A stretch of 4,411 nt of DNA from a virus (taxonomy: Duplodnaviria; Heunggongvirae; Uroviricota; Caudoviricetes): the IMG/VR virus record IMGVR_UViG_2623620506_000004. One strand, 5' to 3'. Below the pieces are notes generated by a model. That model ran no database searches and had not been told where the DNA came from. It worked only from the letters and a program-made list of their open reading frames with translations. Position 1 is the first letter of the stretch. Every line of letters begins with the position of its first letter. A program made the position numbers and the translations under genes. Shown here one piece after another: positions 1-4,411 of the stretch.

Positions 1-1400
1 GATGTCGCCCCTTTGAGTTTAGTCAGCAAATCCTGCGCTACCATCTGGATATGCTCACCGGCTGCGATCGCATAATGACCAGTAGTAATGTGTTCTGTCT
101 GGCCTGTCATCAGCTTGCTGGTTCCCAGAACGCTGGTTATGTCGTTTGCCTGTACTGTTGTTGTTCTGGTTGTTGTTGTGCGTTCTTCCTGATCGCTGTT
201 AATGGTTCGTCTGGCTGAATGCTCCCTGATTTGCTGATCGGTTTCTCTGTGCCAGCTTCCGTCAGTCGTGACGCGCTGAAACACTTCTGCGCGCTGTTGC
301 TGCAGCTGTTCGCCGGGCTTTACATCAGGCAGGTTATGGCCAGCGGGTAAGATTTGCCTGATAACGGGTTTGTCCGGACGTCCTTCAATGTTGGATATTT
401 CCACGATGGTGCCTGCCGGTGGGTAGGCAAAACATCCCGCCTCACTGCCAGCCATGGGGACGGGGAGCGGTACTGCCGGGTAAACGGGCGTGTCGCTTTT
501 ATCGTTGCCGTTCTCATCAAGCAACTGCACATCGACGGCGTAGCGTGGGCGGAAACTGTCGGCCACATCGCCCAGGGTGGTGGGCTCCGTTGGCGCAATG
601 ACGCGCGCCAGCCGGGTATGTAGCGTACCGCTGGCCAGTTCCGGGAACTGTGTTTCCATTTGTCTGCGTAATGGTGATTTGGAAACAGGGCTACCCGTGG
701 CGGTAAGGCGCTCCCATGTCAGGGTCATTTTCTCGTTGTTGAGGGCTACACGGGTAATGCGCCCGGCGGGAAGATTCACGCCCGGTCGCACAGTTTCCAT
801 AAACATGATGTCGATGCTGTTTCCGCCGCTTTGCCCGAGTGTGTACTGTTGCGGAATATCCGGCATGGTAATACTGGCAAACCGTGAATCAGCTGCGCTC
901 CCCACAAATACAGAACCGTCCGGCATAGGGTGCCAGACGTAATCGCTGATACTGAATGCTCGCCCCAGTTGGCTGAGCAGTTGTGCTCCACTGGCGCTGT
1001 GGGTGATGTAGGGAGTTGGTATACTGGCATAATCCGCATCCGGAGTGATAAAAACGATACCGCTTTGTCGCCCCAGATTATCGAGTACCCCCCGCAACGT
1101 CGGGTGTTGCATGGAGCAAGGGAAATCAAAATCCAGCACAGCAGCCGCTTCACGAATAAAAAGGCGACGTGAGCCATTTTCAGCAGGTTGATCGCGCTCA
1201 ATGTAGCCGGAGAAATAGCGCCATGCTTCACCGTCACGGCCGAGATCAATTTGTACCATTGCGCCGGCAAGGCTGTGTTCGGGTGACAGATTGTTAACAG
1301 AAATGAAGCCACGACCGGCAGCATTCAGGGTAAGAACAAGGCTTATATCGGCAATTTCCACCCGTTCGCCATTAATCATGCAGCGTTGTATCAATTTCAT
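1..1400 (-). CDS. Partial CDS (start codon at 1400-1398; 466 codons in window; 3' end beyond window start). Putative tail hub/spike protein: gpD/gp27-like N-terminal region followed by a gpV/gp5/VgrG-type OB-fold.
   Basis: Hand translation of the minus strand from ATG at 1400 gives an open frame to position 3 with no stop (MKLIQRCMINGERVEIADISLVLTLNAAGRGF...); I checked residues 1-370 codon by codon. The ORF track omits it, consistent with a track that only reports ORFs closed by an in-window stop. A strong Shine-Dalgarno (GAGGAAGGGA, 1405-1414) sits just upstream, and the ATG overlaps the stop of the preceding gene (ATGA). Residues ~285-352 (...RYAVDVQLLDENGND...PMAGSEAGCFAYPPAGTIVEISNIEGRPDKPVIRQIL) fit the pattern I recall for the baseplate-spike OB-fold (Pfam Phage_base_V-like). 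The N-terminal ~280 aa loosely resemble the P2 gpD hub family as I recall it. Family assignment is from memory and motif, not from a search. Confidence 0.75.
   Translation of the reverse strand, partial: MKLIQRCMINGERVEIADISLVLTLNAAGRGFISVNNLSPEHSLAGAMVQIDLGRDGEAWRYFSGYIERDQPAENGSRRLFIREAAAVLDFDFPCSMQHPTLRGVLDNLGRQSGIVFITPDADYASIPTPYITHSASGAQLLSQLGRAFSISDYVWHPMPDGSVFVGSAADSRFASITMPDIPQQYTLGQSGGNSIDIMFMETVRPGVNLPAGRITRVALNNEKMTLTWERLTATGSPVSKSPLRRQMETQFPELASGTLHTRLARVIAPTEPTTLGDVADSFRPRYAVDVQLLDENGNDKSDTPVYPAVPLPVPMAGSEAGCFAYPPAGTIVEISNIEGRPDKPVIRQILPAGHNLPDVKPGEQLQQQRAEVFQRVTTDGSWHRETDQQIREHSARRTINSDQEERTTTTRTTTVQANDITSVLGTSKLMTGQTEHITTGHYAIAAGEHIQMVAQDLLTKLKGAT
156..180 (-). repeat. Imperfect trinucleotide tract (ACA/ACC codons on the coding strand; GTT/TGT on plus) encoding a Thr-rich linker RTTTTRTTTV in the hub/spike protein
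   Basis: Plus strand reads ctgttgttgttctggttgttgttgtg. In the coding frame this is ACA ACA ACA ACC AGA ACA ACA ACA GTA. It is an in-frame low-complexity tract lying between the OB-fold and the downstream region. Confidence 0.6.
345..548 (-). other. OB-fold motif region (gpV/gp5/VgrG-like) inside the hub/spike CDS, residues ~285-352
   Basis: Directly verified translation ...PRYAVDVQLLDENGNDKSDTPVYPAVPLPVPMAGSEAGCFAYPPAGTIVEISNIEGRPDKPVIRQILPAGH. The pattern (aromatic/Pro-rich stretch, AG-x-G, hydrophobic beta-strand V-E-I-S, G-x-PD-x-P-V-I) matches the signature of spike OB-folds as I recall it. Domain boundaries are approximate. Confidence 0.5.
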
Positions 1401-1972
1401 GTTTTCCCTTCCTCTTTCACGCTCCCGATGCCAACAGCATCCAGACCAGAGCCAACGGCATCATTGATTTTTTTCCAGAACGAACTTTGCGTATTCATGC
1501 CTTTGTCTGGTGCCTGTTCGCTACCGTTCTGGGTCTGCTGTCTGGCGATGGTTTTCTGCGAACCGCTGCGTGCGGATGCTTTCTCTGGCACGCTTAATTT
1601 TTCCCTGAGAGTAAAGGTAACCTGCCAGTGCATTTTTCCCTGTTGTTCCGTGGCATCAATGCCACCAGAAAATACCCCCTGTCGCATATTGATTGCCTTC
1701 GCGGTAGCGTTAGCAATGCGATATGTTTTTTTAGCACCGTTGCTTTCTGTTGCCTCCGCAAGCTGAAAAATACGGGTCAGAATAGCTTCATCATTAAAAT
1801 CAATAACCCCCGACACGCGCAGCTCTTTAGCCTTGTTTCCCTGCTGGGCGCTCGTGGTGCTGGTTGACTGTCCGGACATATCTTTGTCCGGTAGTTGCAT
1901 GGTGGCGCTGACGGTGATGTTGCGCAGCAGAATGGCTTCCCCGTCAAGCGCAAGGACAATCATCTGGGTCAT
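1397..1972 (-). CDS. Hypothetical protein, 191 aa; position immediately upstream of the hub gene suggests a tube-like/tube-initiator or distal-tail (Dit/gpU-like) role (speculative)
   Basis: ORF track 1397..1972 (-). Start ATG at 1972-1970 is preceded by SD AAGGGAAG (1979-1986) with a 6-nt spacer. Its stop TGA (1399-1397) overlaps the start of the hub gene (ATGA). The N-terminus MTQMIVLALDGEAIL loosely resembles the start of Hcp/tube-fold proteins; the C-terminal third is polar and low-complexity (S/Q/K/G-rich). Function is inferred from position and weak motif only. Confidence 0.7.
   Translation of the reverse strand: MTQMIVLALDGEAILLRNITVSATMQLPDKDMSGQSTSTTSAQQGNKAKELRVSGVIDFNDEAILTRIFQLAEATESNGAKKTYRIANATAKAINMRQGVFSGGIDATEQQGKMHWQVTFTLREKLSVPEKASARSGSQKTIARQQTQNGSEQAPDKGMNTQSSFWKKINDAVGSGLDAVGIGSVKEEGKT
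1405..1414 (-). promoter_or_regulatory. Shine-Dalgarno / ribosome-binding site for the hub/spike CDS
   Basis: Minus strand reads GTGAAAGAGGAAGGGAAAAC immediately 5' of ATG(1400). The purine-rich GAGGAAGGGA is complementary to the 16S rRNA 3' end and lies inside the 3' end of the preceding gene. Confidence 0.7.
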
Positions 1973-2657
1973 GTAGTGCTTCCCTTAGTGATGAGAGATT
2001 ATCGCCGACGAACAGCATCACAGCTGTAAAAACCCACTCGGGGTGTGGGATGTTTTTTTGTATCAGCACTGCAGCCTGGCTAAGGGCTCCCTTGTAGCAA
2101 AAGCGCCACACCGGGCAAAATTTTTGCCGGAGTGCGGCCTGCTGAGCAGCGATTTCCTGTAAGGCTTTATCTCTCGCATTCATGAACTGATGCAGTGATG
2201 ATGACAATGTTTCCAGTGATGTGACGGCAGGAGTGGCTGCCTGTGCAATGGTTGCCGCCAGCGACATACTGCGAGTAGTCTGTGTCGACAGCATTATCGG
2301 TTCCGGAAGTGATGTTACCGGTCTGGCGGGGATTTGCATTCTGCTGATGGTCAGTGAAAGCTGGCTGGAGATCATGCGGGACATTCGCCCCACCTCTGGC
2401 AACGGAAATGCGCCTGAAAATTGCCTGGCGAGTGATAAAAACTCGCCAGCAGAAGGGGCGCAAAATAACAGCGCCACAATGTCCTTTTCTGTGTTTTCTG
2501 TCAGATATGGCAGAAGTGCTGATATCGCATTATCCGGGCTGAGATAGCGCCCTGATGGTGTGATATTCCCGGTATTTTCTGACCACGGATGAAGGCAGAC
2601 CACTGAACAGCAGATGTTCATGGCTGCCGGACGCAGAATAGCCTTTTCCCATTTCAT
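1944..2657 (-). CDS. Hypothetical protein, 237 aa, with cysteine clusters at both termini (C16, C17, C21, H23; C181, C187; C234, C236) and an S/T/L/A-rich central region; function unknown
   Basis: ORF track 1944..2657 (-). The start ATG (2657-2655) overlaps the stop of the upstream gene (ATGA at 2657-2654), and the 3' end overlaps the next gene by 29 nt, so it exactly fills the space between two better-supported genes. Codon choice looks ordinary for an enterobacterial gene (CTG, CCG, GCG frequent). The composition is unusual, so I rate it lower than its neighbours. Confidence 0.6.
   Translation of the reverse strand: MKWEKAILRPAAMNICCSVVCLHPWSENTGNITPSGRYLSPDNAISALLPYLTENTEKDIVALLFCAPSAGEFLSLARQFSGAFPLPEVGRMSRMISSQLSLTISRMQIPARPVTSLPEPIMLSTQTTRSMSLAATIAQAATPAVTSLETLSSSLHQFMNARDKALQEIAAQQAALRQKFCPVWRFCYKGALSQAAVLIQKNIPHPEWVFTAVMLFVGDNLSSLREALHDPDDCPCA
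1979..1986 (-). promoter_or_regulatory. Shine-Dalgarno / ribosome-binding site for the 191-aa CDS
   Basis: Minus strand reads AAGGGAAG followed by a 6-nt spacer (CACTAC) and ATG(1972); it lies within the 3' end of the 237-aa CDS. Confidence 0.6.
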
Positions 2658-3226
2658 TCTGCATTGCCCACCTGAAATGTGCGAATGGTCGCAAGGTTAT
2701 CCAGGGTGACCAGTGTGTTTTTCATCTTTCGCTGGCGTTGGTAAATTTCATCATTGCGATCGACAATGGCCCTCGCCATCTCTGCGGCCAATTCCTCAAG
2801 CGCCTGCATTGACAGCTTCACTTGCTGATTATTGGCATCACCCCACGTTAGTGCAGTGCGCGCAATGCCGGATTTCGACGCCATTACCACCGGAGAAAGG
2901 CGTGCCAGTGAGTCAGGGCCAGCGTTCCAGGTTCGACCGCCCCATTCAATGATGAACTGTTGCGATTCCTGCTGCGCGCGCCATGCGTTGATTTCCCTGC
3001 GCTTTGCTGCTTTTGCAGCTTCTAGCATTTCTGGTGTGGTGGCAAACGTGGCGATCTCGCCCCATTTGCCGCTTTGCAGCTCCTGCCAGATGTGCTGGCC
3101 TGTTTCGGCTGTATCTTCTGCCGTGGCTGTGTAGGGGATGGGGGTATCCATCCCTTCAAACAAAACTTCGCAGTCAATCGCACCGCTCTCGAGATAGCGA
3201 GGTTTTTTAATTTCCTGAATATTCAT
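2654..3226 (-). CDS. Hypothetical protein, 190 aa (start at ATG 3226, not the upstream in-frame ATG at 3280); alpha/beta protein, possibly a chaperone/assembly factor for the upstream structural protein (speculative)
   Basis: ORF track 2654..3280 (-), but the ATG at 3226-3224 is preceded by SD GAGGGA (3233-3238) with a 6-nt spacer and lies 10 nt after the stop of the upstream gene (TGA 3239-3237). The ATG at 3280 would overlap the upstream gene by 44 nt and has no SD. The product MNIQEIKKPRYLESGAIDCEVLFEG... has predicted helical segments (PEMLEAAKAAKRREINAWRAQQE; QALEELAAEMARAIVDRNDEIYQRQRK). It may belong to a phage tail fiber assembly or tail assembly chaperone-like family, but I cannot confirm this without a profile search. 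Confidence 0.7.
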   Translation of the reverse strand: MNIQEIKKPRYLESGAIDCEVLFEGMDTPIPYTATAEDTAETGQHIWQELQSGKWGEIATFATTPEMLEAAKAAKRREINAWRAQQESQQFIIEWGGRTWNAGPDSLARLSPVVMASKSGIARTALTWGDANNQQVKLSMQALEELAAEMARAIVDRNDEIYQRQRKMKNTLVTLDNLATIRTFQVGNAE

Positions 3227-3232
3227 TTGCAG

Positions 3233-3238
3233 TCCCTC
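3233..3238 (-). promoter_or_regulatory. Shine-Dalgarno / ribosome-binding site for the 190-aa CDS
   Basis: Minus strand reads TGAGGGACTGCAAATG. GAGGGA overlaps the TGA stop of the upstream CDS and sits 6 nt upstream of ATG(3226). Confidence 0.6.
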
Positions 3239-4411
3239 ATGCAGTTCTGACAAACAGACCAACCAGTGCGCTGTCGCCACGAGCGTTATCCGCTGCTCCG
3301 TTTAGTGCAATGTAAGCGCCTGGTAAACTCCATCCCCGACATCCTCTTGTCGTTATTAAAGGCGTTGCTGTGGCAACATTTTCCCTGTCACTTGGAATTG
3401 CAATGGACAGTGGCGTCAGAGACGACCCCGGGTAGGCATAACCGCGTGTCATGCTGATATTGGTGTCTCCGTCAGCGGTCCCCTGGTATGCTGCCAGAAT
3501 CAGTCCACCGACGTCCGGGTCTCCAAGACTTGTTGGAGCAATGCGTGCAGACAAGATGTCAGCAAAATCGACGCCTTTTAAATTCAGCTTTACCCAGCCA
3601 GAAAACTGGCTGCCAGCGAGTCGGTTATAGAAAATTTCTCCGTTAACACCGTAAAAAGTAACCACTTTACCCTTGTTATCAGGACTGGCATTGCTGGCAA
3701 CTGTATCGGGGATTTTGATATCAACTATCCCCGTAAAAACAACACCTTTAATAATTGGGTTATACCTGTTAACACTACCATATTGAGTTACCGCATATTG
3801 ACCTGGATTGGTGTTTTTGACCCACTCCAGAAACTCTGTTGGCCCGTTTCCGGAACTAAACGATTCTGATGAGCGGAAGATAGCTCCGTATCCGAATGCA
3901 CCGGGTATTGCCAGGCGGCCTTCGGTACGGTCGTAAATGTCTGTTTGCACATCCATCGTGGCGGCGCTTTTCAGTCCCAGATTATCGCGGGATTCCCGCT
4001 GAGCATCTTCCCCCCCTGCTGCAATTTCTGACAAACGGTTAGGGATTTTCAGCATTGATTTCAGCTCTGGGTAAAGATCTGTCTGCCAGCTCTGCGGAGG
4101 AACGGTAATTTGCGCAGCCTTAGCAATACCACTGTATATAATCGTGAAATTACGAATAAGTGACTCACCTGTTACTTTTTGTCGAACAGGTGTTTTTATT
4201 ACGCCACATAGTGTTCCACTGGTCTGATGGATGAGGCAAATCCAGTCATAGCTGAATGCACAGTCATCAGGAACAACTGCGCTACACACAATATTGTCCG
4301 GGCTTAACTGGCCGTAGGTCAGTTCATTCACAGCATATGTGATTTTTTCTTCCGGAACGGTATTATCTTCGCGTGTTGGTTCCCGCTCCATCAGGGCAAA
4401 AATAATAGTGT
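3237..4411 (-). CDS. Partial CDS (5' end beyond window end; at least 391 codons in window): beta-rich structural protein, candidate tail fiber/receptor-binding protein or major tail protein; role unresolved
   Basis: ORF track 3237..4391 (-) starts at an internal Met. The same frame stays open upstream to the window edge (codons 4392-4409 read ...TIIFAL before MEREPTRE) and no SD precedes the ATG at 4391, so the true start is probably outside the window. Stop is TGA at 3239-3237. The composition is rich in G/S/T/N/Y/V with few charged helical stretches (e.g. GQYAVTQYGSVNRYNPIIKGVVFTGIVDIKIPDTVASNASPDNKGKVVTFYGVNGEIFYNRLAGSQFSGWVKLNLKG), typical of beta-structured virion proteins. Confidence 0.75.
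   Translation of the reverse strand, partial: TIIFALMEREPTREDNTVPEEKITYAVNELTYGQLSPDNIVCSAVVPDDCAFSYDWICLIHQTSGTLCGVIKTPVRQKVTGESLIRNFTIIYSGIAKAAQITVPPQSWQTDLYPELKSMLKIPNRLSEIAAGGEDAQRESRDNLGLKSAATMDVQTDIYDRTEGRLAIPGAFGYGAIFRSSESFSSGNGPTEFLEWVKNTNPGQYAVTQYGSVNRYNPIIKGVVFTGIVDIKIPDTVASNASPDNKGKVVTFYGVNGEIFYNRLAGSQFSGWVKLNLKGVDFADILSARIAPTSLGDPDVGGLILAAYQGTADGDTNISMTRGYAYPGSSLTPLSIAIPSDRENVATATPLITTRGCRGWSLPGAYIALNGAADNARGDSALVGLFVRTA

Noticed and set aside
320-598. 92-aa minus-strand ORF (MRQRSPPPWAMWPTVSAH...)
   Set aside because: An out-of-frame ORF embedded in the OB-fold-encoding part of the hub/spike gene; the proline/arginine-rich product is typical of an off-frame reading of GC-rich coding DNA.
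354-1172. Plus-strand ORFs 354..623, 419..601, 577..942 and 930..1172
   Set aside because: Short ORFs antisense to the long minus-strand gene, with Arg/Cys/Trp-rich products characteristic of antisense frames; no RBS or promoter context.
776-1324. 182-aa minus-strand ORF from the ORF track (MLPVVASFLLTICHPNTALPAQWYKLISAV...)
   Set aside because: It lies in a different frame wholly inside the long hub/spike ORF. Its composition is odd (Cys/Trp/His-rich, no clear domains) and it has no RBS. The overlapping frame has the strong SD, the coupled ATGA start and the recognisable OB-fold motif.
1-1400. Calling the hub/spike gene a type VI secretion VgrG
   Set aside because: The OB-fold and hub-like region are shared by phage spikes and VgrG alike. 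No hcp or tss genes are in the window, the neighbours look like phage tail assembly genes, and the N-terminus does not resemble the canonical VgrG N-terminus as I recall it. Left as phage-like hub/spike pending a profile search.
1386-1867. Plus-strand ORFs 1386..1766 and 1628..1867
   Set aside because: Antisense to the 191-aa minus-strand gene, which has a clear SD and coupled junctions; the products are hydrophobic and Cys-rich with no recognisable features.
1944-1972. Programmed -1 ribosomal frameshift joining genes 3 and 4 (as in tail assembly chaperone G/GT-type genes)
   Set aside because: No slippery heptamer of the X-XXY-YYZ type is present in the overlap (sequence ATGACCCAGATGATTGTCCTTGCGCTTGA), and gene 4 has its own SD and ATG.
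1777-2547. Minus-strand ORFs 1777..1959 and 2167..2463, and plus-strand ORFs 2221..2547 and 2354..2542
   Set aside because: Alternative-frame or antisense ORFs inside genes 3 and 4. They are shorter than the frames that link neighbouring genes by start/stop overlap and have no independent translation signals.
3227-3280. Upstream in-frame ATG at 3280 as the start of gene 2 (MATAHWLVCLSELHEGLQ extension)
   Set aside because: It would overlap gene 1 by 44 nt and has no Shine-Dalgarno. The ATG at 3226 has GAGGGA at the right spacing and sits just after the gene 1 stop.
2713-3457. Plus-strand ORFs 2713..2952, 2832..3134, 3004..3210 and 3266..3457
   Set aside because: Antisense to genes 1 and 2; short, with Cys/Arg/Trp-rich compositions typical of non-coding frames.
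1-4411. tRNA, rRNA, CRISPR array, insertion sequence or terminal inverted repeats, integrase att sites, rho-independent terminators, sigma-70 promoters
   Set aside because: The window is essentially all coding on one strand with overlapping gene junctions. I found no cloverleaf-like or repeat-spacer structure, no long inverted repeats, and no intergenic GC-rich hairpin followed by a T-tract.

Overview
The whole window is one densely packed run of five co-directional genes on the minus strand, with no usable intergenic space. It reads as a fragment of a phage or phage-derived tail/baseplate module, in a roughly 50% GC, enterobacterial-looking background. Two of the five genes run off the window edges. 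The most informative is the downstream gene (1400 to window start), which the ORF track omits because it has no in-window stop; I translated it by hand and it stays open for 466 codons. Its N-terminal ~280 aa resemble a gpD/gp27-type hub and residues ~285-352 carry a gpV/gp5/VgrG-type OB-fold motif, so it looks like a hub-spike fusion. The three complete small genes (190, 237 and 191 aa) match no family I can name with confidence; the 237-aa one has cysteine clusters at both ends. All junctions are translationally coupled (two ATGA overlaps, one 29-nt overlap, one 10-nt gap with a Shine-Dalgarno). I see no tRNA, rRNA, CRISPR array, IS element, promoter or terminator. All functional calls rest on motif-level reading without any database search and are tentative.
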